Of a stretch of DNA of 64,000 nucleotides, positions 1 through 10,374 are shown piece after piece. Location: the NCBI GenBank assembly GCA_028865345.1, contig JAGWKL010000002.1, positions 128,665 to 192,664 of the forward strand, in the 5' to 3' direction. Position 1 is the first letter of the stretch. Every line of letters starts with the position of its first letter. The notes beneath the pieces were generated by a model. The model was not told the origin of the DNA. It saw only the letters and a list, made by a program, of their open reading frames with translations, and did no database searches. This stretch comes from Candidatus Omnitrophota bacterium. Its GTDB lineage: Bacteria > Omnitrophota > Gorgyraeia > Zapsychrales > Fredricksoniimonadaceae. The position numbers and the translations under genes are program-made.

Positions 1-186
1 TTAAAGAAGATTCCTGGACAGGGGTTGACGGCTTGCCTCCCCAGGCGGATTTCGCCTGCTCTTTGGGGCGGAGTATAAGCTGATTATATTTTTCTTGTAA
101 TGGAAACATTATTATGAATAAAAATCTCGAAGGCAGCTATAATCTTAAATAAGAAAGAATGTATTGGCAAGGAATATCTATAAAGA

Positions 187-1443
187 ATGCAGATCAGCCA
201 CAATAAGGGCGTGAAGATTTCACTCAACACTCAAATTTTCTTAGGCGCTTTCCTGGGAGTTGTTTTCGGCATCATTTTAGGCCATACCGGCCTTCTTTTA
301 CCGTCGACAGCTTCCTGGTTCCTGTCCGGTTTTGGCCTTTTAGGCAAAATTTTTATCGACCTGCTGAAGGTGATCATGGTGCCGGTGGTGTTCACCTCCA
401 TTGCCGCCGGCATTGCCAACCTCAGGAATGCCCCCCAATCCGGGCGGGCCTGGCCTGCGCTCATCCTCTATTCCCTGACTACGACCTGCCTTGCCGCCGC
501 AACCGGCCTGACAGCCATGAATTTGATCAAACCCGGAGTAGGACTTAACACCCATTTGTTCCAGGAAAACATGCCGCCTTCCGGCCTTCATTCCCTTACT
601 GTCGGTGATTTTATCCGTAAACTCATCGAGGGCATCTTTACCCACCCGCTGGCCGCCGTGGGCCAGAACAACATTCTTGCCGTGATCATGCTCGCCCTGT
701 TGACCGGTATCGCCATCGTCCTTCTGGGAGAGCGAAGTCGAACCACCGTCAAAGCGCTCAACAAGCTCTTTGAGATCATGATGACCATAGTGCGCTGGAT
801 CATGGTCCTTGCACCTGCGGGCATCATGGGGCTTTTGGCTGTGCTCATCGCCCGCCAAAAGGTCCAACTGCTTTTTGTTTTGAGCAAATACATCCTTGTG
901 GTGATGGGCACGACTTTTTTTCACGGGGCCGTGACCTTGCCGGTCATCCTATGGCTGACCACCAGAATGTCACCGCACCGTTTTTTAATGGGAATGAAGG
1001 AGGCGTTCATCACCGCGTTTGCCACCAGCTCATCGACCGCCACCCTGCCTGTCAGCCTGCGCTGCATCACGGACAATCTGGGAATCGACAGGCATGTGGC
1101 CCGCTTTGTGCTGCCGGTAGGCGCCGCTCTGAACATGGACGGGACCGCCATGTACGAGGCCATGGCTGCGCTTTTCGTGGCCAATCTATGCGGGATCCAC
1201 CTTTCCCTGCCTGCCCAGATCATCGTGGTCCTGACGGCGATGACGGCCTCCATCGGAGCGCCGGGCCTGCCCAGCGCCGGCATGGTGACGATGATGATGG
1301 TCCTGCAGTCCGTCGGCCTGCCGCTGTCGGCCTTGGGGCTTCTGATTGCCATTGACCGGCCCCTGGACACGGGACGAACGGTGGTCAACGTAGAGGGGGA
1401 TTGTATCGGCGCTTGTGTGGTGCAGCGGGTGGCGGGACGTTAA
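187..1443 (+). CDS. Sodium/proton:dicarboxylate (amino acid) symporter, SDF/GltP/DctA family
   Basis: 418 aa polytopic membrane protein. Carries SDF-family hallmark motifs (AAGIANL, MDGTAMYEAMAALFVA) and re-entrant-loop-like segments. Confidence 0.85.
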   Translation: MQISHNKGVKISLNTQIFLGAFLGVVFGIILGHTGLLLPSTASWFLSGFGLLGKIFIDLLKVIMVPVVFTSIAAGIANLRNAPQSGRAWPALILYSLTTTCLAAATGLTAMNLIKPGVGLNTHLFQENMPPSGLHSLTVGDFIRKLIEGIFTHPLAAVGQNNILAVIMLALLTGIAIVLLGERSRTTVKALNKLFEIMMTIVRWIMVLAPAGIMGLLAVLIARQKVQLLFVLSKYILVVMGTTFFHGAVTLPVILWLTTRMSPHRFLMGMKEAFITAFATSSSTATLPVSLRCITDNLGIDRHVARFVLPVGAALNMDGTAMYEAMAALFVANLCGIHLSLPAQIIVVLTAMTASIGAPGLPSAGMVTMMMVLQSVGLPLSALGLLIAIDRPLDTGRTVVNVEGDCIGACVVQRVAGR

Positions 1444-2321
1444 TCGAAAACAACCGTCTTATTGCCGTAACAAAGGATCTTTTGTTCCAGGTGCCGGCGC
1501 ACGGCGCGGCTTAAAACGAGCTTTTCTAAGTCTTCCCCTTTTCTTTTTAAATCTTCGAGGGAATCACGGTGGCTGACAGCGACGGTATCCTGGGCGATGA
1601 TGGGGCCCTCGTCCAGGCCTTCGGTCACATAATGAGATGTTGCTCCAATCACCTTCACCCCTTTTTGATAGGCCTGCAAATAGGGATTGCTCCCGGCAAA
1701 GGCCGGCAAAAAGGAATGGTGGATATTGATGATCTGCGACGGATATGAATCGACAAATTGCCCGGTGAAGATTTGATGGTACCTGGCCAGGACGACCAGG
1801 TCGATCTTGTTGGCTTTCAGCATCTGTTTCTGCTTTTGCTCCTGGCCGGTTTTATTGGCCCGCTCCACATGGAATTCAAAAAATGGGATATGAAAATCCC
1901 TGGCCGGCGTCCGGGCGTCGGGATGGTTGCTTATGATGAGCGGGATCTCGCAAAAAAGCTGGCCGGTCTTATGGCGGTATAACAGATCATACAAACAATG
2001 CAAATGCTTGCTGACGAAAACGGCAACGCGCAGCTTTTGATCTGAAAATGAAAGCCTCCAGTCCATCTTAAATGTTTCAGCGATGGCCGAAAAAGCCGGA
2101 TGGACATCGTTCCTTTCGAGCTTAAAACCTTCCAGAGACCATTCGATACGCATGAAAAAGGTATTGCTCTGCTCATCGATGTGCTGGTCGGCATGGACGA
2201 TGTTACCCTGGTGTTGAAAGACGAAATTGGTAACTGCGGCGGTGATACCTTTTTGGTCCGGGCAGGAAATCAGCAATATGGCGTGATTCATATTCCGGCT
2301 ACTATAGCACATCCGAGCCAA
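1440..2321 (-). CDS. purU: Formyltetrahydrofolate deformylase
   Basis: N-terminal ACT-like domain (MNHAILLISCPDQKGITAAV). C-terminal formyltransferase core (HHSFLPAFAGSNPY...ATSHYVTEGLDEGPIIAQD). Confidence 0.85.
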   Translation of the reverse strand: MARMCYSSRNMNHAILLISCPDQKGITAAVTNFVFQHQGNIVHADQHIDEQSNTFFMRIEWSLEGFKLERNDVHPAFSAIAETFKMDWRLSFSDQKLRVAVFVSKHLHCLYDLLYRHKTGQLFCEIPLIISNHPDARTPARDFHIPFFEFHVERANKTGQEQKQKQMLKANKIDLVVLARYHQIFTGQFVDSYPSQIINIHHSFLPAFAGSNPYLQAYQKGVKVIGATSHYVTEGLDEGPIIAQDTVAVSHRDSLEDLKRKGEDLEKLVLSRAVRRHLEQKILCYGNKTVVFD

Positions 2322-2333
2322 AACAGGAATAGA

Positions 2334-3326
2334 TTACTTAAAACTCTGCAGGGCCTTCATGTAATTGGCCCGTTCAAAGGCCTTGGGGTCAGCGCAGGAT
2401 TTCTGGCTCATGCTGCCCTGCATCTGGGAGACGGAAACATATTCATGCTCCTCCATCCACTGCCGGGCGCCCTCAAGGATTTTTTTCAACTGCGGGATGC
2501 CGTTTTGAAGGAGAGCCGAACACAGCATGGTCACGTCGCTGCCTGCCATGAGCATCTTAATGACATCCTCGGGTCCGTGAATCCCGCCGGTGGCGGCTAA
2601 ATTGGCCTTGATCTGCCCGTACAGGATGGCCACCCAACGCAAAGGCAAACGCATGGCCTGCGGCGTGCTCAAAAGCACATTAGGCACCACGGCCAAATTG
2701 GACAGATCAATGTCCGGCTGATAAAAGCGGTTGAACAGGACCAGGGCATCAGCCCCGGCCTCATCCAGGCGTTTGGCCATATTGGCCATGGAACTGAAGA
2801 ACGGGCTTATCTTGACCGCCACCGGAATAACAACGTTTGACTTAACAGACTTCAGAACCTCCAGATAAATGTTCTCAACGTCCTGGCCGGAAATTTGAGG
2901 GTCTGTGGCCAGAAAATAAATATTCAACTCCAACGCGTCGGCGCCGGCTTGTTGAATATGCTTGGCGTAGGTCACCCATCCTCCTTCAGAATGGGCATTA
3001 AGGCTTGCAATAATGGGGATGTCCACCGCCTTTTTGGCCTTATAAATATGCTCAAGATAATCATCCGGGTCGATATCGTATTGCAACGGTTTGGGGAAAT
3101 AGGTCAATGATTCGGCAAAACTTTCGGTGCCGGCGGTCAAATAATGGTCAAGTTCGTAAATTTCATGGGTGATCTCTTCTTCGAACAGGGAATAATTAAC
3201 GATGGCCGCGGCCCCTGCGTCTTCCAGCTTTTTAAGATTGTCCAAACTTTTAGAAAGCGGGGAAGCTGACGCAATGACCGGATTTTTCAGCTTTAACCCC
3301 ATGTAGGTCGTCGACAGGTCTATCAT
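2334..3326 (-). CDS. Dihydroorotate dehydrogenase-family (PyrD-like) FMN TIM-barrel protein
   Basis: Class-1 DHOD-like N-terminus (GLKLKNPVIASASPLSK) and a C-terminal GGI motif (LAATGGIHGPEDV). The exact substrate is uncertain; it could be PyrD or a PreA-like enzyme. Confidence 0.7.
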   Translation of the reverse strand: MIDLSTTYMGLKLKNPVIASASPLSKSLDNLKKLEDAGAAAIVNYSLFEEEITHEIYELDHYLTAGTESFAESLTYFPKPLQYDIDPDDYLEHIYKAKKAVDIPIIASLNAHSEGGWVTYAKHIQQAGADALELNIYFLATDPQISGQDVENIYLEVLKSVKSNVVIPVAVKISPFFSSMANMAKRLDEAGADALVLFNRFYQPDIDLSNLAVVPNVLLSTPQAMRLPLRWVAILYGQIKANLAATGGIHGPEDVIKMLMAGSDVTMLCSALLQNGIPQLKKILEGARQWMEEHEYVSVSQMQGSMSQKSCADPKAFERANYMKALQSFK

Positions 3327-3337
3327 ACTCTCGCTCC

Positions 3338-6300
3338 TTACGGCGCCGGCGCATCGGAAGCCATGGCGCTATAGATCCTCCAGCGTTCGTTGACATCCTG
3401 CTGGGCCAGGGCCGCCAATTTTTTGGCCCCCTCCGGATCCGTTTTACTGAGCATCTTAAAACGGTTTTCCATGTTCAAGAATTCCTGTAGGAACCCTTTG
3501 GGCGCTGCGGAATCCAACGTCAACGGGTTTTTGCCTTCTCTGATCAGGCCGGGATTATACCGGAACAAGGGCCAATATCCTGTGCTCACCGCCGCCTTCT
3601 GGTCCTGCATAGCGGTCGTCATGTTGATGCCATGGGCGATGCAATGGCTGTAGGCGATGATGAGCGACGGGCCGTCATAGGCCTCAGCTTCGAGAAAGGT
3701 TTTGAGCGTATGCTCGTCTTTGGCGCCCATGGAAACCGAAGCCACATACACATAGCCATAGGTCATGGCCATCCGCGCGAGGTCTTTCTTGGGCAAAGAT
3801 TTTCCTGCCGCCGCAAATTTGGCAACGGCCGAGCGCGACGTGGATTTGGAGGCCTGGCCTCCGGTATTGGAGTAGACCTCGGTATCAAGCACCAGGATAT
3901 TGACGTTGCGTCCTGAAGAAATGACATGGTCCAGGCCGCCGTAGCCGATATCATAGGCCCAGCCGTCCCCGCCGATGATCCATACGCTTTTCTTGACCAG
4001 CATATCGGCGACAGACAGCAATATTTTGGCATCCGCGGACGGATTATTTCGCAATTTTTCTTTAAGGACCTGTACGCGGCCGCGCTGTTGAAATATTTCG
4101 GCTTCATCGGTTTGCCGGGCATGGATGATCTCTTCAACCAGGGACGCGCCCAGCAGAGTTTCCAATTTCTTCACATACTCGCAAGCCATCTCTTTTTGCT
4201 TGTCGATGGAAATCCTGAAGCCCAGCCCGAACTCGGCATTGTCCTCGAAGAGCGAATTGCTCCACGCCGGCCCCCTGCCTTCATTGTTCTTTGTGTACGG
4301 CGTCGTCGGCAAATTTCCTCCGTAGATCGATGAACAGCCCGTGGCATTGGCAATGACCATACGGTCCCCGAAGAGCTGGGTGGCAAGTTTGATATACGGC
4401 GTTTCCCCGCAACCGGCGCAAGCGCCTGAGAATTCAAACAAAGGCTGCAACGTTTGGGCGGACCGGATGGCGCTCTTTTTGACCAGATTACGGTCCACAT
4501 CAGGGATATTTAAAAAGAACTCCCAATTTTTCCTTTCTTCTTCCCGCAGGGGCTCCTGGGGCTTCATGTTCAGGGCCTTGAATTTGGTCTCCGACTTATT
4601 TTTGACGGGACAAACGTCGACGCATATACCGCAACCCGTACAATCTTCGGGCGCCACTTGAATGGTGTATTTCATCCCCGACCATTCGCGGTCCTTGGCC
4701 TCCATGCTTTTGAAGGTGGACGGACTTTCCCGCAAATATTTATTGTCGTACGCCTTGATGCGGATGACCGCATGAGGGCAGACCATGGCGCATTTGCCGC
4801 ATTGGATGCAAATGGCGTTGTCCCAGACAGGGATTTCCTGGGCGATGTTGCGTTTTTCCCATTTGGTGGTGCCGACGGGATAGGTGCCGTCGCAGGGCAG
4901 GGCGCTGACAGGAACCGCCTCGCCGCGGCCTTTGATCATCTCATAGGTCACCTTGCGCACGAATTCCGGCGCTTCATCCGGGATTTTATGGTTAAGCTCT
5001 ACCGTGCTCGTGACCTGTGATGGGGCCTTGACTTCATGCAAGTTGGCCAGCGTATTGTCCACCGCCTCATAATTTTTCTTTAAGATCTCCTCGCCTTTTT
5101 TGCCGTAGGCTTTTTTGATGGATTCCTTGATGGCGGCAATGGCTTCGTCCTTGGGAAGGACACCTGAAATGGCAAAAAAGCAGGTCTGCATGATCGTATT
5201 GATCCTGCCTCCCATTCCCGATTTCCCTGCCACGCTGTAGGCATCAATGACAAAGAACCGTAATTTTTTGTCCCTGATCATCTGGGCCGTCAGGCGCGGG
5301 ATATGTTGCCAAACCGCCTCGGGACCATGATGGCTGTTCAAAAGGAATATCCCCTCTTCTTGGATCCCTTGAAGAACATCCATGGTCTCCAAAAATTGCG
5401 ACTGATGGCAGGCCACAAAATTGGCCTTATTGATAAGGTAGGTCGAATGAATGGGCTTAGGGCCAAAGCGCAGGTGAGACACGGTCATGGACCCTGATTT
5501 TTTGGAATCATAGACAAAGTAGCCCTGGGCAAAAAGCGGCGTGTTCTCGCCGATGATCTTGATGGAATTCTTGTTGGCGCTGACCGTCCCGTCCGCACCC
5601 AACCCATAGAAAATGGCCCTCACTCCGGCCTGGCTTTCGATGTTAAAGTTCTGGTCATAGTCCAGGCTGGTATGGGAAAGGTCATCATTAATACCGACGG
5701 TAAAATGATTTTTAGGTTGGGCTTTAAGCAACTCATCAAAAACGCCCTTGACCATGGCCGGCGTAAATTCCTTGGACGAGATCCCGTACCTGCCGCCGAT
5801 GACCTTGGGCAGGCGCTCAAAACGGCTTGCCCCGCATTCCACGAGGGCATTGACAACATCCAGATACAACGGCTCGCTGCTTCCCGGCTCCTTGGTCCTG
5901 TCCAAAACAGCGATCGAGGTCACCGACTTGGGCAAAGCCTCCACAAAAGCTTCCTTGGCAAAAGGCCGGTACAGACGGACCTTCAGCACGCCGACCTTTT
6001 GGCCTAATAAATGGTCCACCGTGTCCTGGCAGGTTTCGGCGCCGGACCCCATGATGACCACGACCCGCTTGGCATCTGTTTCACCGTAATATTGGAACAG
6101 TTTATACTGGCGACCCGTGAGTTGCGCAAAGGTGTCCATGGCTTTTTGCACGATGCCTGGACAGGCCTGATAAAAAGGATTGACGGTCTCGCGGGACTGA
6201 AAATGCACGTCCGGATTCTGGGCCGTGCCGCGGATGACCGGAGCATCCGGCGTCAACCGGCGCCGGCGATGGGCCAGGACAAGATCTTCATCGATCATGG

Positions 6301-6880
6301 CCCGTATATCGTCCATGGAAAGTTGTTCGATCTTGGCCACCTCATGAGAAGTGCGGAACCCGTCGAAGAAATGGACAAAAGGGATGCGGGCCTCCAGGGT
6401 CGCGGCCTGGGAGATCAAGGCCATATCCATGACTTCCTGGACCGAAGCCGAGCACAGCATGGCAAAACCGGTCATGCGCGCGGCCATCACATCCTGATGG
6501 TCGCCGAAAATGGAAAGCCCCTGGGTGGCCAGGGAACGGGCGGCGATATGGAACACCGTTGAAGAAAGTTCTCCGGCGATCTTATACATGTTGGGAAGCA
6601 TAAGAAGCAGGCCCTGGGAACAGGTAAAAGTGGTCGTCAAGGCTCCGGTTTGCAGCGCGCCGTGGACGGCTCCGGCCACCCCTGCCTCGCTTTGCATTTC
6701 CTGCACCAGAGGGGTCGTCCCCCAAATATTCTTCTTGCTGGCGCTGTTCCATTCATCAGCCCACTCGCCCATCGGTGAAGAAGGGGTTATCGGATAAATG
6801 GCGATCACCTCATTGACCGCAAAAGCAACATACGCCGCCGCCTCATTACCATCAATCGTCACTTGTTTGCGTTGTGCCAT
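3338..6880 (-). CDS. nifJ: Pyruvate:ferredoxin (flavodoxin) oxidoreductase, single-chain PFOR
   Basis: 1,180 aa. Two ferredoxin-type Cys clusters (CIQCGKCAMVCPHAV; CTGCGICVDVCP) and a TPP-binding region (GGDGWAYDIGYGGLDHV). Confidence 0.95.
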   Translation of the reverse strand: MAQRKQVTIDGNEAAAYVAFAVNEVIAIYPITPSSPMGEWADEWNSASKKNIWGTTPLVQEMQSEAGVAGAVHGALQTGALTTTFTCSQGLLLMLPNMYKIAGELSSTVFHIAARSLATQGLSIFGDHQDVMAARMTGFAMLCSASVQEVMDMALISQAATLEARIPFVHFFDGFRTSHEVAKIEQLSMDDIRAMIDEDLVLAHRRRRLTPDAPVIRGTAQNPDVHFQSRETVNPFYQACPGIVQKAMDTFAQLTGRQYKLFQYYGETDAKRVVVIMGSGAETCQDTVDHLLGQKVGVLKVRLYRPFAKEAFVEALPKSVTSIAVLDRTKEPGSSEPLYLDVVNALVECGASRFERLPKVIGGRYGISSKEFTPAMVKGVFDELLKAQPKNHFTVGINDDLSHTSLDYDQNFNIESQAGVRAIFYGLGADGTVSANKNSIKIIGENTPLFAQGYFVYDSKKSGSMTVSHLRFGPKPIHSTYLINKANFVACHQSQFLETMDVLQGIQEEGIFLLNSHHGPEAVWQHIPRLTAQMIRDKKLRFFVIDAYSVAGKSGMGGRINTIMQTCFFAISGVLPKDEAIAAIKESIKKAYGKKGEEILKKNYEAVDNTLANLHEVKAPSQVTSTVELNHKIPDEAPEFVRKVTYEMIKGRGEAVPVSALPCDGTYPVGTTKWEKRNIAQEIPVWDNAICIQCGKCAMVCPHAVIRIKAYDNKYLRESPSTFKSMEAKDREWSGMKYTIQVAPEDCTGCGICVDVCPVKNKSETKFKALNMKPQEPLREEERKNWEFFLNIPDVDRNLVKKSAIRSAQTLQPLFEFSGACAGCGETPYIKLATQLFGDRMVIANATGCSSIYGGNLPTTPYTKNNEGRGPAWSNSLFEDNAEFGLGFRISIDKQKEMACEYVKKLETLLGASLVEEIIHARQTDEAEIFQQRGRVQVLKEKLRNNPSADAKILLSVADMLVKKSVWIIGGDGWAYDIGYGGLDHVISSGRNVNILVLDTEVYSNTGGQASKSTSRSAVAKFAAAGKSLPKKDLARMAMTYGYVYVASVSMGAKDEHTLKTFLEAEAYDGPSLIIAYSHCIAHGINMTTAMQDQKAAVSTGYWPLFRYNPGLIREGKNPLTLDSAAPKGFLQEFLNMENRFKMLSKTDPEGAKKLAALAQQDVNERWRIYSAMASDAPAP

Positions 6881-6899
6881 ACGAAGACCTCTTTCTGCA

Positions 6900-6960
6900 A
6901 ATTCAAAATAAAAAAAGCACGCGACCGTTTTTAGTATAAACGCACGTACTGATGCTTTAA
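6900..6960 (-). promoter_or_regulatory. Putative sigma70-type promoter for the PFOR gene
   Basis: On the minus strand, TTTAAA-17nt-TATACT lies about 45 nt upstream of the ATG. An AAGAGG RBS sits 7 nt before the start. Read by eye only. Confidence 0.3.
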
Positions 6961-7036
6961 ATGAGTAGTTATGGGGAAATTGCTACGTAGTATTACTTAA
7001 GATAGACCGTTTCTCTGATAAAATCAGGACAGCAGT

Positions 7037-7063
7037 GCCTGTCCCCAGGCTCGGGGACATTTC
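7037..7063. repeat. REP-like palindromic element TGTCCCCAGGCTCGGGGACA (family copy a)
   Basis: Perfect 7-bp stem hairpin 20 nt after the SDR stop codon. It belongs to the recurrent GCCTGTCCCC..GGGGACAGGC family in this window. Confidence 0.6.
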
Positions 7064-7083
7064 CAGGAAGGCGCTTTAAGCCA

Positions 7084-7788
7084 TCACCAGGCAGTTTCTT
7101 TCCGGTCGCTGAAAATTTTGCCCGTGGGGCCGCCGTCCGGCAGCGTGGCAAGCCACACGGCCGTGTCCGCGCCTTCTTCCACTGAACGATTAGCACCAGG
7201 ACCGCCCATGCGTGTCTTGACCCAGCCCGGGCACATGCTGTTGACCAATATGTTTGTGCCCGCAAGTTCGGCCGCTAAAACCCTGGTCATGGCATTGATC
7301 GCCGTCTTGGACATGCGGTAGGCAGGATAACCGCCTCCCATATTATGCAATTGCCCGAGACCGCTTGAAATATTGACGATGCGCCCATAGTTGTTCTTTT
7401 TCATGAGTGGCACTAAGGCCTGGCAAAGTAAATAGGGAGCGTAGACATTCGTTTCCATGGTCTGGCGCACGGTGGCCAGGTCCGTATTAAAAAAATTCCC
7501 GCCCTGGGAGTCAAGAAAAATACCGGCATTGTTGACCAAACCGTCACAACCGCCGAATTCTTTGGAAAGAAAGTTTGATAATGCCAGAACCTGCGAGGGG
7601 TTGGTCACATCCAGCGGATGATAACGGACGGACAATTCGTGTTTATTAAGATCGCTGACGGCCTGAAGGCCGTCTTTTTCAATGCGGGAGGTCAGGACAA
7701 CGATCATATCCATCCTGGCCAACTGACGGCAGATCTCCTGCCCTATTCCGCGGTTACCTCCGGTTACGACGATAACTCGTTCTTTCAT
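7084..7788 (-). CDS. Short-chain dehydrogenase/reductase (SDR) family oxidoreductase
   Basis: TGGNRGIG Rossmann motif at the N-terminus. I place the start at MKERVIVV, preceded by an AGGAGG RBS; the track ORF extends 18 codons further upstream. Confidence 0.85.
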   Translation of the reverse strand: MKERVIVVTGGNRGIGQEICRQLARMDMIVVLTSRIEKDGLQAVSDLNKHELSVRYHPLDVTNPSQVLALSNFLSKEFGGCDGLVNNAGIFLDSQGGNFFNTDLATVRQTMETNVYAPYLLCQALVPLMKKNNYGRIVNISSGLGQLHNMGGGYPAYRMSKTAINAMTRVLAAELAGTNILVNSMCPGWVKTRMGGPGANRSVEEGADTAVWLATLPDGGPTGKIFSDRKETAW

Positions 7789-7845
7789 AAGCACCTCCTT
7801 CAACCATCTGCCATTTGTACCACAATCCGATGGGGACGGCAACGA

Positions 7846-8535
7846 TTAATCTTTCCAGCCGACGGCAGGCATGGCATCAGGTGATTGGACAGTCAGGGCA
7901 AAGACATCCGAATGCGGTAAATCTTCCAGCCAACTGTCGGAAACCAGGATGTCTTTCAGGGGTTGGGCAGGCTTAGGGTTGGCAAAACTGATATGGTACA
8001 AGGTACAATTGGGGCGGACCGGGTTAATACCGACCGGCCTGACTTTGACGCCATCCTGCACCCAAGTCATCGAGGGCATATGAAACCAGTCCCAAAAAAC
8101 GGGGGCCGACAATATCTTATAGGTCCCGTCCAGATAAACAAAGGTAACGGTCAATACGGCGTAATAATAGTTTTCACCATAAAGGCGCAGCAAATGGTCA
8201 TGGACATAACTATTGCCGTAATTGCCCGAAGCCAGAAAATCGATCCTATCGATCTTCATGCCGTGACGTATAGGCACGGGAAAAAATTTTTCATTGTCGA
8301 TAGCCAACCTGCCATAATCCGCCCAATCCGATGGACCTTTGACTAAAAAATCGATTCCGTCATAAGCCAGATACCTGCTGGCCAGATGATTTGATCCTGC
8401 GCCGCCGGCGGCAAAATTCTCCCTGGTTTTGGCCAGAAAATAGAAATCTCCCCGCGACTCCCACCGGGGAAGAGCCCCCCAGGCGTTTGTGAGAAAAAAG
8501 AAAATCATAAAGATCGCGCATGATGCCTTTTTCAT
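7846..8535 (-). CDS. Secreted hypothetical protein co-transcribed after BatD (BatE position)
   Basis: Signal peptide MKKASCAIFMIFFFLTNAWG. Its start overlaps the batD stop. I could not identify any domain. Confidence 0.55.
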   Translation of the reverse strand: MKKASCAIFMIFFFLTNAWGALPRWESRGDFYFLAKTRENFAAGGAGSNHLASRYLAYDGIDFLVKGPSDWADYGRLAIDNEKFFPVPIRHGMKIDRIDFLASGNYGNSYVHDHLLRLYGENYYYAVLTVTFVYLDGTYKILSAPVFWDWFHMPSMTWVQDGVKVRPVGINPVRPNCTLYHISFANPKPAQPLKDILVSDSWLEDLPHSDVFALTVQSPDAMPAVGWKD

Positions 8536-8539
8536 GGTT

Positions 8540-10342
8540 TTAAATGCCTTTCAAGGCTTTCTCAAGGCGTGAAATTAAGTTCTGCACTTGGGCGAAATCT
8601 GTCCGCATCTGTGCGGTATCGCGATTGGCTCCGGCAAAACAAACCAAATCACTTTGTTCCAACAAGGATTTGATCTGCGCCCTGCTGTCTTCATCTAATT
8701 TAGCCTTCTGCAGACGGTTTAATATTTCATTCATGTTCAGGGCGGCGGCGGACTCGCCCCATTTATCAGCCAGAAAATCACGCAAGGCTTTTGACAAAAG
8801 CGCATAAAAATCCTTGGTCTTACCTGCTGATATTAAAGCCTGCGCCTGATTCAAAACCTCTCTGGCTTGCGCCCGCGCCTTAAGCCTGCGGGCAAAGGCG
8901 GGGTCACGGGCCAAGCGGTCTTGAAAGCGTCGCCATAAAAAATAAGAAATCCCCGCCGCAAGGACTATTCCAAAACCGGCCCAAAACCAGATTGACGCGG
9001 CAAGCTGTTTCAAAATTTGATAAATATCATTAAACATCTCCTCAAAAGAGAATTGCCCTGCAGTCGGGGCCGGCCCTTCTTTCGCCAAATTAGTAAACCC
9101 AACGGCCTTGAATTCCTGGCCCGGGGCAGGAGCCGTGACCCGGACGGCAAAAGGTCCCCGGGTGATCGTTCTATATTCTTTCAAAGCGGGATCAAAATAA
9201 GAAAAATGCAACGGCGGAACCTGTTTGATGGCCGTCGAAGTAGGAATGATGACCTCCTCAGCGGTCTTCCCGTTTTCCGTGTTCTTGACTTGAGGTTCAT
9301 AGGTCTTAAACCCTGGCGCTTGGGAAATAGGCATGGTCATGTCCTTAAAATTACCGCTGCCCTGCACCTGCATCTTTAAAGTTATGGGATCGCCGGCCTT
9401 GACCTGCGACGGAGAAACACTCGCGTGAAAATCAAAAGATGTCCCGATCGCGCCAGAGAAGTCCTTCGGACGGTCATTCTCCGGCAATGGAGAAACACGT
9501 AAAGCAATAGGTTGCGAGTTCACAACGACAGGACGGGCGGCGTAAGAATCAAAAAAACCGTTAAAGATATCCCCGCCGAAAATATCGTTGCTCTGGAAAG
9601 GACTGTTTTGGCCGGTCTTATAAAGCACATTGCCCTGGATGCGCACCGGCCCCAGGGTCAGGTTCCCCAACCGGTTGGGATAAAGATGGGTCTTAAACTC
9701 AATGACTTCATACTTCACTCCATTGATGATCTCGGAATTCTGCTCCGGTTTTTCAAAATCATCAACCGTAAAACCCTGCTGGTCAAATTGAGGGTACTGC
9801 ACATCCCGTAAAGGGACATCATTGACAAAAAGTTTGACCGTAAGGTCCAGGCGCTCATTCAAATACACATCAGTTCGATCAACGGACGCTTCCACGAGGA
9901 CTTTGTCTTTAAGGCTTTCCTCGCTGGGCGCCTGGGTAGAAGTCCCTTGGGTTTGGGACGATGTTTGAAGGACATCAACATCGATGGACTTTGTCGTATA
10001 CATCTGGCCGCCTATGGTTGCTGTGATGGGCGGAATTTGGAAATGGCCGGCCTTATTGGGAAATAAATCATAAATAAAGGAACGGGAGCTGCTGTAAACG
10101 CCGTTGACGATGGAGACGCTGGTGGAGGGGCCCAAATACTTGGCGGAAAATCCATCCACGGCCGGCAGGCTGATGGGGTTCAGATCATGGTTGACGCCGG
10201 TAAATGTCAACGTCAACTGCAAGACCTGGTCCATGGATATGCGGGAAGAATCGACCGTGGCCTCGAAGGTCACGGCGTCGGCCATCACAACAGGGCTTGC
10301 AGCCATCAATATAAGAAAACACAAAATAAATTTCTTCATCAT
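8540..10342 (-). CDS. batD: BatD-like oxygen-tolerance protein
   Basis: Signal peptide, a long periplasmic region and a C-terminal TM segment followed by a charged tail. Sits at the BatD position of the operon. I place the start at MMKKFIL. Confidence 0.7.
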   Translation of the reverse strand: MMKKFILCFLILMAASPVVMADAVTFEATVDSSRISMDQVLQLTLTFTGVNHDLNPISLPAVDGFSAKYLGPSTSVSIVNGVYSSSRSFIYDLFPNKAGHFQIPPITATIGGQMYTTKSIDVDVLQTSSQTQGTSTQAPSEESLKDKVLVEASVDRTDVYLNERLDLTVKLFVNDVPLRDVQYPQFDQQGFTVDDFEKPEQNSEIINGVKYEVIEFKTHLYPNRLGNLTLGPVRIQGNVLYKTGQNSPFQSNDIFGGDIFNGFFDSYAARPVVVNSQPIALRVSPLPENDRPKDFSGAIGTSFDFHASVSPSQVKAGDPITLKMQVQGSGNFKDMTMPISQAPGFKTYEPQVKNTENGKTAEEVIIPTSTAIKQVPPLHFSYFDPALKEYRTITRGPFAVRVTAPAPGQEFKAVGFTNLAKEGPAPTAGQFSFEEMFNDIYQILKQLAASIWFWAGFGIVLAAGISYFLWRRFQDRLARDPAFARRLKARAQAREVLNQAQALISAGKTKDFYALLSKALRDFLADKWGESAAALNMNEILNRLQKAKLDEDSRAQIKSLLEQSDLVCFAGANRDTAQMRTDFAQVQNLISRLEKALKGI

Positions 10343-10374
10343 ATTCCCTATTTCTTCGTTTTTCGTAAAGGGGT

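Noticed and set aside
340-1388. Several 100-190-aa ORFs antisense to, or overlapping, the SDF transporter gene (340..924, 588..911, 921..1388, 951..1355)
   Set aside because: They are entirely contained in a well-supported transporter CDS. Their composition is His/Arg/Pro-rich, typical of out-of-frame translation.
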